The translations under genes were made by a program, and so were the position numbers. Below the pieces are notes generated by a model. The model had not been told where the DNA came from and searched no databases. It was given only the letters and a program-made list of their open reading frames with translations. 64,000 bases of DNA from assembly GCA_963741945.1 (NCBI GenBank), contig CAVUKA010000001.1, positions 864,001 to 928,000 on the forward strand. The letters run 5' to 3'. This DNA is from an uncultured Gemmatimonadales bacterium. Lineage in GTDB: Bacteria; Gemmatimonadota; Gemmatimonadetes; Longimicrobiales; RSA9. Positions 49,344 through 58,839 of the stretch are shown one piece after another. The first letter of the stretch is position 1. Each line of letters opens with the position of its first letter.

Positions 49344-51119
49344 TTCCCCTCCGCGAGCTGAGTGCCGGCGCCGGGCTCCGGCCGGGCGGCCGTGGCCCGA
49401 GGGCGAGGCAGCACGTGGCATGCCTCGCAGTTCTCGCCGGGATTGTGGTTGACCATGCCCTGATGGCAGACCAGGCAGAAGGTGCGCGTCCGCGGCACCG
49501 AGGCCACGCTCGGTGGCGCAGCCTGGTGGCACCCGGAGCCGGCGCACCCGAGGTGGACCTGCGTATTGTGCGCCTGCGGCTTCGGCTGCGGATGGCACGC
49601 CATGCAGTTGCGCTGCGGCTGATGGTGCGCCGTGTGGCACTTCGAGCAGTCGACGTCCGCGGCACTCAGGGCGGTGCCGCCGGTGTGACAGTTCGTGCAC
49701 GCCAGGCCCTCGTGGACCCGGTGCTGGAACGGCAGCGTCCGCACGGGCCGGTTCAGCGTTCCGATGGTGATGTCCATGGTCCGACGCACGCGAACCGTGA
49801 GCGATCGTACGGTCCGCTGACCATGACACCGCGTGCAGCTCGAGGCTACGGGCAGCGTGTGGTGGCACGACCGGCAGTCCTGGATGCTCGTGACCGTCAG
49901 CGCCCCGTGCTCGCGCTGCATGGAGTGACACGCCGTACAATCCACTCCCCGGTGCTGCGCGTGGTGAAACGTCACTGTGTCCTGCGGCGGCGCCAGCTCG
50001 GCCGAGACGCGCCGGATCCGCGTCGGCCGGGGCCGCCTCCTCGCCGTGAGCGGCGAGAGCCAGCCGGACGATGCCGGGATCGAGCGGACCGGCGGAGGCA
50101 ACCTGGATCGGGCCGCTGCGACGGATCATGGACAGCGGCCGTACCGGAGGCGGCGCATCCGTCTGGTAGATGTCCTGGTGACACTCCAGACAGTCGTGGC
50201 CGGTGGCATGGATCCGGAACTCGTGCGCCTTGTGGCAGTTGATGCAGTTCTCCAGCACGCCCGGGTCCAGCCCACGGTGGTACGGCGTCAGCGTATCCGG
50301 CTGGGAATGACAGCCGCCCTGGGAACACGATTGCACCGCCTGCTGCGGCGTGGTCTGCCGGTGCGGATCGTGGCACGCACCGCATTTCGCGTTGTGCGGC
50401 TCATCCGCCGGGAAATCCTTGACCAGCGCCCGCATCTGATGGCAGGACAGGCACTCGCTCGCGTCCGGCCGGATCGCGCTGGCCAGCTGGGCCGGCGTGG
50501 CCTCCTGCCCCACCTGCACCGTGAAGTCGTGACACGTGGCGCAGTGGATCGTGAGATTGCCCATCTTCCCGAGCCGGATCCGGGTGTTCTCGTGACACCC
50601 GGCCTGCCCGCACGTCTGGTCCGTGGGAGTGAACTCGTGCAGCCCCGAGGAATGGCACTCCACGCATTTCAGACCCTGCAGCGACGGGTCGTCCGACTGC
50701 ATGTGGATCCGGTGCCCGGCCGTGTTCGCGACCTGCCGCCACTCTTCGGGGTTGCCCTTGATGTGGCACTCTGCGCACGCCGAGTTGGGCACGCTCGCGT
50801 GCGCCGTCAGCTCCTTCGGCTGCTCGACGATCTGCTTGAGCCCCATCTCGCTGCGCTGGACGATGTTCGGGTGATGACAGGCCTTGCACCCGAGCCCCCG
50901 GTGCGCACTCTTCGCGAATCGCTGATACGGATCCTGCATGAGGTGGCATTGCAGGCAGAACTGGTTGTCGTGCTGCACGTAGTTGTAGGTCCGGTACATG
51001 AAGACCGAGCCTACGGCCAGTGCCGCCAGGACAACCACACCACCCACCACCTGCACCCCGGTGGGGAGAGCGCGCAGACGCGCGACGAGCTTCGTTAGAA
51101 GTGCTCCAAGCCGAGTCAT
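49340..51119 (-). CDS. NapC/NirT-type membrane-anchored multiheme cytochrome c (~20 hemes), frameshifted near 50010-50040
   Basis: N-terminal TM then FCLQCH; 11 heme motifs in one frame and 9 more in the 49340..50101 frame. Confidence 0.8.
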
Positions 51120-51316
51120 AGGTCACAGAAGGTAGGACAGCCCCGGTATACGGGCCAGTCGGGGATCGTCCCAAAGTGCACGCGGTGAAATCCCGCACGA
51201 CCCGGACCCGCGTTCCCGCCATGGACGCCGCCGTTCAGCCGCTCCGACCCGCGCCGGAGCCGGACCGCGCGCTTCCGTAGCGAGGAATCCACCTCACGCA
51301 CGATTGTCGTAGGATA

Positions 51317-51389
51317 TGGGCCGGGTGGGGCTCGAACCCACGACCGTTGGATTAAAAGTCCACTGCTCTGCCAGCTGAGCTACCGGCCC
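51317..51389 (-). tRNA. tRNA-Lys(UUU)
   Basis: GGGCCGGTAGCTCAGCTGGCAGAGCAGTGGACTTTTAATCCAACGGTCGTGGGTTCGAGCCCCACCCGGCCCA; CCA not encoded. Confidence 0.95.
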
Positions 51390-51479
51390 TCGCGCGCAAA
51401 CTAAGCCCGTCCCCCTCACGGTATCAATGCGGCGCTTCCGCTCCGCCTCGCCACCCGCATCCCGCCGGTCGGCGGGACG

Positions 51480-51941
51480 CTATTCGCTGCCCCGGTCGCG
51501 GACACCGGTCCCCGGGCTGGCCAGGTGGGCGGCGCTGTCCCGGGCCCGCTGGGTGCCGAGGAGGCAACCCACCACGGACGCGGCCATGAGCGCGAGGACC
51601 ACGATCACGGTCCCGTTGGGGCTCAGGCCGGTCCACTGGCTCCACCCGAAGCCGAGCGCGACGACCAGGTTGACGAGCACCCACGCCACGAGTGAGGTCA
51701 GACCCAGCGCCACGCCATGGAGGATCGGCGCCTCCACGGTCCGGTAGCCGGTGAACCACCCTCCGACCAGGAAGCCGACCACCACGGCGGCGATGGCCCA
51801 GGCGGAATCACGGCCCGGCTCGACGCCCATCAGTCCGAGGAAGATGAGACCGAACACCACCACGGCCGTGACGGCGATGGAGACCAGCCAGCCGGCGAGC
51901 ACGCGCACCGGGTGGACGTTCTGCAGATGCTCGGTATGCAT
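51480..51941 (-). CDS. Four-TM membrane protein
   Basis: AGGAG RBS; four hydrophobic helices; ILHG motif. Confidence 0.7.
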   Translation of the reverse strand: MHTEHLQNVHPVRVLAGWLVSIAVTAVVVFGLIFLGLMGVEPGRDSAWAIAAVVVGFLVGGWFTGYRTVEAPILHGVALGLTSLVAWVLVNLVVALGFGWSQWTGLSPNGTVIVVLALMAASVVGCLLGTQRARDSAAHLASPGTGVRDRGSE

Positions 51942-51950
51942 GGCGCTCCT

Positions 51951-52598
51951 TCAGTTGAGTCCGAGCGAGAGCTGGACGGGGACGAACGACCGGCGGTGGT
52001 GCGGCGTCGGGCCGAGCGCCCCGAGCGCGGTTACGTGCTCCGCCGTGCCGTAGCCCACATTCGTCTCCCAGCCGAAGCCCGGGTAGCGCGGCGCGAGCCG
52101 CTTCATCAGCCGGTCACGGGTGGTCTTGGCAACGATGGACGCGCACGCGATCGTGTAGGACTTCACATCGCCGCCCACCACGGCCGTGTGCTCGCACCCC
52201 AGCTCCGCGGGGAGGCCATCCACGAGGACGTGCTCCGGCCGCTCGCTCAGCCGCGCCAGCGCCCGGCGCATGGCCAGGTGCGTCGCCCTCAGGATGTTCA
52301 GCCGGTCCACCTCGCGAGGGCTCGCTGCCCCGACACCAATGCAGAGAGCCCGCCGCCGGATTTCGACGACGAGCTCTTCGCGGACCTTCACGCTCAGCAG
52401 CTTCGAGTCCGTCACGCCCGGCACGCGGACTTCGGGCCGGAACATCACCGCCGCCGCCACGACCGGGCCGGCCAGAGGGCCGCGGCCGGCCTCGTCGATG
52501 CCCGCGATACGGGTGACCCCGTCGGCCCACAGCTCCCGCTCGAGCGCCAGTGGAGCGCCCCGCCTTCGCCGCCTGTTCCCCGGGCCGCCTCCAGCCAT
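51951..52598 (-). CDS. rnhB: Ribonuclease HII
   Basis: GIDEAGRGPLAGPV, DSK, VDG, ASIVAK, HRRSF. Confidence 0.95.
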   Translation of the reverse strand: MAGGGPGNRRRRRGAPLALERELWADGVTRIAGIDEAGRGPLAGPVVAAAVMFRPEVRVPGVTDSKLLSVKVREELVVEIRRRALCIGVGAASPREVDRLNILRATHLAMRRALARLSERPEHVLVDGLPAELGCEHTAVVGGDVKSYTIACASIVAKTTRDRLMKRLAPRYPGFGWETNVGYGTAEHVTALGALGPTPHHRRSFVPVQLSLGLN

Positions 52599-52611
52599 CG
52601 GCGACCGACCG

Positions 52612-52959
52612 TCAGCGCTGCTGCTTCTCCCGGATCCTCGCCGCCTTCCCGCGGCGAGCGCGCAGGTAGTAGAGTTTGGCCCGCCGAACGCGGCCGCGCC
52701 GCACCACCTTGATCGAGTCCAGCATCGGGGAGTGGAGCGGGAATACGCGCTCGACCCCGATTCCGGCGCTCACTTTCCGGACGGTGAACGTCTCGTTCAC
52801 ACCGCCACCCTGCCGGCCAATGCACACGCCCTCGAACGCCTGCACGCGCTCTTTCTCACCCTCGCGTACGCGCACGTTCACCCGGACTGTGTCTCCGGGC
52901 GCGAAATCAGGGAGCCCGTCCTGCAGCTGCTCCTGCTCGATCTGCCTCATTATGTCCAT
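52612..52959 (-). CDS. rplS: 50S ribosomal protein L19
   Basis: [28 protein letters not shown]. Confidence 0.97.
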   Translation of the reverse strand: MDIMRQIEQEQLQDGLPDFAPGDTVRVNVRVREGEKERVQAFEGVCIGRQGGGVNETFTVRKVSAGIGVERVFPLHSPMLDSIKVVRRGRVRRAKLYYLRARRGKAARIREKQQR

Positions 52960-52963
52960 ATCG

Positions 52964-53668
52964 CTAGCCTCGCTCCCGTGACTCCCATAGATCCGGCCGA
53001 CGCTCCCGCGTCAGCTCCTCCGCCCGCTCGCGCCGCCACGCCTCGATACGGGCGTGGTCCCCCGACAGCAGCACTTCAGGGACCGTCAGGCCCCGATACT
53101 CCGCCGGCCTCGTGTACGACGGCGGACTCAGCATCTCATCGTCGTAAAAGCTGTCCGACGCCGCTGACTCGTGCGTTCCCAGCGCGCCCGGCAGCAACCG
53201 GACCACTGCGTCCGTCACCGCCAGCGCCGCCACTTCACCGCCACTGACGACGAAATCGCCCAGCGACAACTCCTCCGTCGCCAGGCTTTCCGCGACCCGG
53301 TGGTCCACGTCCTTGTAGTGACCACACAGTAGCGTCAGCTCGCGCTGGACCGCCAGCCTGACGGCATGCCGGTGTCCGAACCGGCGCCCACGGGCGCTCA
53401 GCAGCACGATCGGGCCGTCCGGCCTCCCGGTGCCACCGCCGCCGCCCAGTGACTCCACCGCCTCGAAGAACGGCTCGGGCTTCATCACCATCCCCGTGCC
53501 GCCACCGTACGGCGTGTCGTCCACCGTCCGGTGCCGGTCATGCGTGAAGTCGCGCAGGTCCACCACGCGGTACTCCACCAGCCCCGCTGCCGCGGCGCGC
53601 CCGGGGATGCTCAGCGCGAGCGGCTCACGGAAGAAGTCTGGAAAGATGGTCACAATGTTGATGCGCAT
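52964..53668 (-). CDS. trmD: tRNA (guanine37-N1)-methyltransferase
   Basis: [34 protein letters not shown]. Confidence 0.95.
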   Translation of the reverse strand: MRINIVTIFPDFFREPLALSIPGRAAAAGLVEYRVVDLRDFTHDRHRTVDDTPYGGGTGMVMKPEPFFEAVESLGGGGGTGRPDGPIVLLSARGRRFGHRHAVRLAVQRELTLLCGHYKDVDHRVAESLATEELSLGDFVVSGGEVAALAVTDAVVRLLPGALGTHESAASDSFYDDEMLSPPSYTRPAEYRGLTVPEVLLSGDHARIEAWRRERAEELTRERRPDLWESRERG

Positions 53669-53748
53669 CCACCCCTCCTTCCGGATGGGCGGCAAGCCCC
53701 GCTGCCGTCCCATCGCCACGACCTCTCCTCGCCCGCCGATCAACGCCC

Positions 53749-54285
53749 TCAGAGGTCCAGCAGACCCTCCGGCGGATCGATCACCACGCGCCCACCCTCC
53801 AGGTCCACTTCCTTCACGACCCGGCTCGCGAACGGCACCAGGTGCACCCGGCCCGCCCCCTTCACTTCCAGCAGGTGGTGCGGCTCCGTCTCGAATACTT
53901 CCCGCACCCGACCCACTTCCTCACCATCCACCGTCTCGACGCGGAGGCCGAGGAGCTGGTGGTAGAAGACCTCCCCCTCCTCCAGCCCGGCCACTTCCTC
54001 CGCCGGAACCAGCAGGTAGCGCCCGGCGATGGCTTCCGCCGCATTCCGGTCCGCCACCCCTTCAAGCATCACCAGCACGCCGCCCTTGTATGGCCGACTG
54101 GCCTCTACTTCCAGCGCGTCCGGCGCCGCCCCGAGTCCACCCTCCCTGTCTCCCAGCAGCACCCGCGCACCCGGTGCGAACACCTCGGCCGGCCGGTCCG
54201 TGAGCAGCCAGATCTGGACTTCGCCCCGCGTGCCGTGAGCTTTGCTCACATGGCCGACGACCAGGTACTTCGGATCGTCGCCCAC
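53749..54285 (-). CDS. rimM: Ribosome maturation factor RimM
   Basis: AHGTRGEV, DRNAAE, FYHQLLG, LVPF; operon position. Confidence 0.93.
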   Translation of the reverse strand: MGDDPKYLVVGHVSKAHGTRGEVQIWLLTDRPAEVFAPGARVLLGDREGGLGAAPDALEVEASRPYKGGVLVMLEGVADRNAAEAIAGRYLLVPAEEVAGLEEGEVFYHQLLGLRVETVDGEEVGRVREVFETEPHHLLEVKGAGRVHLVPFASRVVKEVDLEGGRVVIDPPEGLLDL

Positions 54286-54291
54286 CGCGCG

Positions 54292-54975
54292 CTACTTCTC
54301 CTCGGTCTCGGTCTCGGTCTCGGGCTCGGCCTCGGTCGATGCCTCGGCCTCAGGCTCAGCTTCGGTCCCGGCCGCGGCTTCAGCTTCGGCCGAGGACTCG
54401 GTCGACGCCTCCTGCTCGGCCACGGGGGCTTCCGCGGCGGCTTCCACCTCCGGCAGCGCCTGCTCCGCGGTCGCGGCTTCCGCCACCTTGGGCGCCTCGG
54501 CCTCTACGGCGGCTTTCGTCTCGCCACCCGCCGTGGTCTCCGCCGGCTCCGCCTCGTCGGCTTCCGGCGCGGCCGCTTCCAACGGGTCCGTGGCGCCGCC
54601 CTTCGGAGCCGCTTCCGGAGCCGCTTCCGTCTCGTCGGTCACGGCCTTCGAGGTCGGACGCCGCTCGGGCTTGGTCGCTGTCTTCAGCACCGGCGCGGCT
54701 TCGCCGGGGACGACGAAGCGCACATCCGAATCGCCGCCCTTCCGGGCCTTCCGCACCAGCGACGCGGCGCTGTCCGTGATCTCCGCACCCTTGCCCAGCC
54801 ACTCGTCCACCTTCCCCAGATCCACGCGGAGAAGCGCGGGGCGTGTGCGCGGGTTGTAGAACCCGACTTCTTCCAGATAGACGCCGTCTCGCGGCGTGCT
54901 GCTCTCCGCCACCACCATCCGGTAGTACGGCTGCTTCTTCCGGCCTACACGCCGGAGTCGGATCCTCACGGACAT
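54292..54975 (-). CDS. rpsP: 30S ribosomal protein S16 with long acidic C-terminal extension
   Basis: MSVRIRLRRVGRKKQPYYR..PRDG..GFYNP followed by an Ala/Glu-rich tail. Confidence 0.95.
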   Translation of the reverse strand: MSVRIRLRRVGRKKQPYYRMVVAESSTPRDGVYLEEVGFYNPRTRPALLRVDLGKVDEWLGKGAEITDSAASLVRKARKGGDSDVRFVVPGEAAPVLKTATKPERRPTSKAVTDETEAAPEAAPKGGATDPLEAAAPEADEAEPAETTAGGETKAAVEAEAPKVAEAATAEQALPEVEAAAEAPVAEQEASTESSAEAEAAAGTEAEPEAEASTEAEPETETETEEK

Positions 54976-55127
54976 TTGTACCTCGGTCTTCGGTCTGTTC
55001 CGGTTACCCGGGCCGGTCACCATTGCGGCCCATTCCTCCTCGCCGGGCTGAGCCCGGTACTTCGCCGTCCTGTCGGAAGTCGATTCCGAACTCGAACCCG
55101 AATTCGCGACTCCGCTTCGGCTCGCTG

Positions 55128-56492
55128 CTAGCCCAGTCCCAGCCCTCCGCCCATCCCCATCTTCCCGAGCGCGCCGCCACCCATCATTCCGCCCAGTCCC
55201 ATCTTCCGCATCTGCTTCATCATCTTCTGCATCTGCTGGAACTGCTTCATGAGCTGGTTGATCTCCTGCACCTTCGTCCCCGATCCCTTCGCGATCCGCA
55301 GCCGCCGCGACCCGTTCAGGATCTGCGGCTTCGCACGCTCCTGTGGCGTCATCGAAAGGATGATCGCCTCGACGTGCTTCAGCTTCCGCGGGTCCACCTT
55401 GGCGTTCTTCAGCATCTTCTTGTTCACGCCCGGCAGCATTCCCAGCAGCCCTTCCAGCGGGCCGAGCTTCTGCATCTGCCGAAGTGCGCCGAGGAAGTCC
55501 TCGAGGTCGAACTTCCCCTCCTCCGCCACCCGCTTCTGCAGCCGCTCGGCTTCCTCCATGTCGAACGACTGCTGCGCTCGCTCCACCAGCCCCACCACAT
55601 CCCCGCGCTGGAGGATCCGGTCCGCCATGCGCGACGGATCGAACACGTCCAGCGCGTCCATCCGCTCGCCGATCCCCACGAACTTGATGGGCACGCCCGT
55701 CAGTCCCTTGATGGACAGTGCGGCGCCACCTCGCGCATCACCGTCCATCTTCGTCAGGACCACACCCGTCAGTCCCAGCGCGCCGTCGAAGCCCTCCGCG
55801 ATCTTCACCGCTTCCTGCCCCGTCATGGCGTCCGCCACCAGCAGCACTTCCGCCGGCCCCACGGCCGCCTTCACGCGCTGAAGCTCCTCCATCAGCGCTT
55901 CATCGATCTGCAGCCGGCCCGCCGAATCCAGGATCAGCGCCCGGATCCGCTCCGATTTCGCCCGCTCCAGCGCCCGCGAAGCCAGCGCCGCGACGTCCGT
56001 CTCCGCCCGGTCCGCGAACACCGGCACGTCCACCTGCTCGCCCAGCGTCTCCAGCTGGTCGATCGCCGCCGGACGGTACACGTCCAGCGCGGCCAGCATC
56101 GGCTTCTTCCCTTCTCGCTTCAGGCGACGCGCCAGCTTCGCCGCGGTCGTCGTCTTCCCCGAGCCCTGCAGCCCCACCAGGAGGATCACCGTGGGCGGAA
56201 CCGGCGCCACCTCCAGCCCTACCCGCTCGTGCCCGAGCAGCTCCACGAGCTCGTCGTGCACGATCTTCACCACCTGCTCGCCCGGCTTCACCGACTTCAG
56301 CACCTGCTCGCCCACCGCCCGCTCCCGGACCCTGTCCAGGAACCCGCGCGCGAGCTGGTAGTTCACGTCCGCCTCCAGCAGCGCGCGACGGATCTCCCGG
56401 AGCCCTTCGTCGATCATGGACTCCGTGAGCAGTCCGCGCTGGCGGAACCGACCCAGTACGCCGTCTAGCCGTTCAGATAGCTCGTCGAACAT
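55128..56492 (-). CDS. ffh: Signal recognition particle protein
   Basis: ALLEADV, GLQGSGKTT, DSAGR, TKMDGDARGGAALS, Met-rich M domain. Confidence 0.97.
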   Translation of the reverse strand: MFDELSERLDGVLGRFRQRGLLTESMIDEGLREIRRALLEADVNYQLARGFLDRVRERAVGEQVLKSVKPGEQVVKIVHDELVELLGHERVGLEVAPVPPTVILLVGLQGSGKTTTAAKLARRLKREGKKPMLAALDVYRPAAIDQLETLGEQVDVPVFADRAETDVAALASRALERAKSERIRALILDSAGRLQIDEALMEELQRVKAAVGPAEVLLVADAMTGQEAVKIAEGFDGALGLTGVVLTKMDGDARGGAALSIKGLTGVPIKFVGIGERMDALDVFDPSRMADRILQRGDVVGLVERAQQSFDMEEAERLQKRVAEEGKFDLEDFLGALRQMQKLGPLEGLLGMLPGVNKKMLKNAKVDPRKLKHVEAIILSMTPQERAKPQILNGSRRLRIAKGSGTKVQEINQLMKQFQQMQKMMKQMRKMGLGGMMGGGALGKMGMGGGLGLG

Positions 56493-56613
56493 CCCGAGCG
56501 CCCATGTGCGAGAATAACCGATGGGCAGACAATTCGCGCCCGTCCCCCGGTGGCCAAAGAGCCTATAAAGGTAGGCCGTCCGCCCCGCTAGCTCAAGCCC
56601 CCTGCCCTCCCGC

Positions 56614-56830
56614 TGTCAACGACGGATAGAAACGTCCCCTGGGTTCAACGCATAGAAATGTCCCCTCTGGTGGTTCTCATCTCTCCTCCCTGGGCCGGGG
56701 GTGAGGGTGCGGACAGGCCGCTACGCACGCGCTCGCATCTTCGACCATGTTCATGATGCAGCTGTGCTTCCAGGTCCGGACGAGGAGGGGTGCCACCATC
56801 TCGGGTGAAGACGTGACACGAAGCACACGA
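56614..56830 (-). mobile_element. IS21-family terminal end with possible decayed istB 3' remnant
   Basis: TGTCAACGACGGATAGAAACGTCCCCT followed by a second copy CAACGCATAGAAATGTCCCCT; minus-strand frame MVAPLLVRTWKHSCIMNM weakly resembles the IstB C-terminus. Confidence 0.6.
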
Positions 56831-56991
56831 AGGGTCGAAGGGGCGCCAACGGTCGACGTGGGTGTCGACGAGTGGGCAGGCACGCATTATTCTAAAACGA
56901 GTTGGAAGTCCTCGTTTTCCAGCGCGCCCGAGGCCTGTCGGACCCGGATCGGCGCTGGAGTCCCGTGCGCGCCATCTACCTACATGACCCA

Positions 56992-58839
56992 ATGACTCCA
57001 GTCGACAATGGCGTGGAGAGCTCCGCTCTCGCGGCAGGAACCACCCTGCCGTCCATGCTCGCGATGCAAGCGCAACATGCGCCCACGGCTCCGGCAATCC
57101 TGGCGCCGCAACGCACGCCCGTATCATACCAGACGCTGCAGCGACGAGTGGGCGAGCTGGCTGCCGATCTCACGGACAGGGGCATCGGCCGCGGTGACGC
57201 CGTGGCCCTGGTCCTGCCGAATGGCCCGGAGTCGGCCCGTCTCTTTCTGGCGGCGGCTTCGGTCGGTGCGGCCGCGCCTCTGAACCCGGCGTATCAGGCG
57301 CCCGAGCTCGAGTTCTTTCTCGGTGATCTCGCGGCCCGGCTCCTGGTGATCGACGCCGATCTGGACTCGCCGGCGCGCGACGTTGCGCGGGGACTGGGGA
57401 TACCGGTGGTGGAGGCGGTGCGGGAGACGGAAGAGATGGAGGCGGGACTCGTGCGATTCGGCGGCGACGGAGCAGCAACCACGAGAGCAGCCGCCGACGG
57501 GCCCGGCGCCCACGATATCGCCCTTGTACTGCATACCTCCGGTACGACGTCGCGGCCGAAGCAGGTTCCACTCTCCCACGGCAATCTGATGGCTTCGGCC
57601 GCCCACATCGGCAGTGCCCTCCGCCTCAGCCAGGCGGACCGCTGCCTCAATGTGATGCCGCTCTTCCACATTCATGGGCTCGTCGCGGCCGCTCTCTCGT
57701 CGCTACGGGCGGGCGGCAGCGTGGTCTGCACGCCGGGATTCCATGCGCCCGACTTCTTCGCCTGGATGGAGGAAACAGAGCCAACGTGGTACACGGCGGT
57801 GCCGACCATGCACCAGGCGATCCTCGCACGGGCGCAGGCGAACCGGGCCGTGATCGATCGGGCCCGACTCCGGTTCGTACGGTCGTCCTCCTCCGCCCTC
57901 CCTCGCAGCACGCTGGCGGAGCTCGAGACCGTGTTCGCCGTGCCGGTGGTGGAGGCGTACGGGATGACCGAAGCCGCGCACCAGATCGCGAGCAACCCGC
58001 TGCCGCCTGGAACGCGGAAGCCGGGGTCCGTCGGTCCTGCCGCAGGACCGGCCGTGGCGATCCTCGGGCCGGCGGGAGAGCGCTTGGGCGCCGATCAAAC
58101 CGGCGAGGTGGCGATCCGGGGCCCGAACGTGACCGCCGGGTACGCCCATAACCCGGAGGCGAACCGAACCGCCTTCGAACACGGCTGGTTCCGGACGGGT
58201 GATCAGGGATACCTGGACCGCGACGGATTCGTCTTCCTGACTGGCCGCCTGAAAGAGATCATCAATCGGGGAGGCGAGAAGATCGCGCCCGTGGAAGTGG
58301 ATGAGGCATTGATGGGACACCCAGGGGTGCAGCAAGCGCTGGCGTTCGCCGTCCGTCACCCCCAGCTGGGTGAAGACGTCGCGGCGGCGGTGGTGCTCCG
58401 TGCGGGCGCGCACGTCGCGGAGCGGGAGCTGCGGGAGTTCGTAGCGACGCGCGTCGCGTACTTCAAGGTCCCTCGCCGCGTGCTCTTCCTGAAGGAAATC
58501 CCGAAAGGCCCCACCGGCAAGCTCCAGCGGATTGGTCTGGCGGATCGATTGGGAATCCCGGCGTTCGATGCCGTACCCGTTGACGCGCCCCCTGTGGCGC
58601 CCCGGACGCCCGTGGAGGAGATCCTGGCGGCACTCTGGGGGCAGATTCTGCGATGCGACCCGCCGGGGGTCTACGACAACTTCTTCGCGGCCGGCGGCGA
58701 TTCGGTCACGGCTACGCAGCTCGTGGCGCGGGTCCGGGACTCGCTCCGGGTTGAGTTGCCGCTCCTGTCGTTTTTCGATGCACCCACGGTGGCCGACACC
58801 GCCGCGGAGATCGAGCGTCTCCTGGCTGCTGAGTCATGA
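56992..58839 (+). CDS. Oxalate-CoA-ligase-like adenylation enzyme fused to a carrier (T) domain
   Basis: LHTSGTTSRPKQVPL, MPLFHIHGL, TWYTAVPTMHQ, EAYGMTEAAHQIASNPLPP, INRGGEKI; C-terminal NFFAAGGDSV. Confidence 0.85.
   Translation: MTPVDNGVESSALAAGTTLPSMLAMQAQHAPTAPAILAPQRTPVSYQTLQRRVGELAADLTDRGIGRGDAVALVLPNGPESARLFLAAASVGAAAPLNPAYQAPELEFFLGDLAARLLVIDADLDSPARDVARGLGIPVVEAVRETEEMEAGLVRFGGDGAATTRAAADGPGAHDIALVLHTSGTTSRPKQVPLSHGNLMASAAHIGSALRLSQADRCLNVMPLFHIHGLVAAALSSLRAGGSVVCTPGFHAPDFFAWMEETEPTWYTAVPTMHQAILARAQANRAVIDRARLRFVRSSSSALPRSTLAELETVFAVPVVEAYGMTEAAHQIASNPLPPGTRKPGSVGPAAGPAVAILGPAGERLGADQTGEVAIRGPNVTAGYAHNPEANRTAFEHGWFRTGDQGYLDRDGFVFLTGRLKEIINRGGEKIAPVEVDEALMGHPGVQQALAFAVRHPQLGEDVAAAVVLRAGAHVAERELREFVATRVAYFKVPRRVLFLKEIPKGPTGKLQRIGLADRLGIPAFDAVPVDAPPVAPRTPVEEILAALWGQILRCDPPGVYDNFFAAGGDSVTATQLVARVRDSLRVELPLLSFFDAPTVADTAAEIERLLAAES

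Noticed and set aside
48966-51119. 717-aa cytochrome-TPR fusion
   Set aside because: The middle is out of frame; the TPR gene has its own RBS, start and lipobox
56645-57127. Small ORFs upstream of the biosynthetic cluster as precursor peptides
   Set aside because: No recognisable leader or RBS; better explained as an IS remnant plus promoter region
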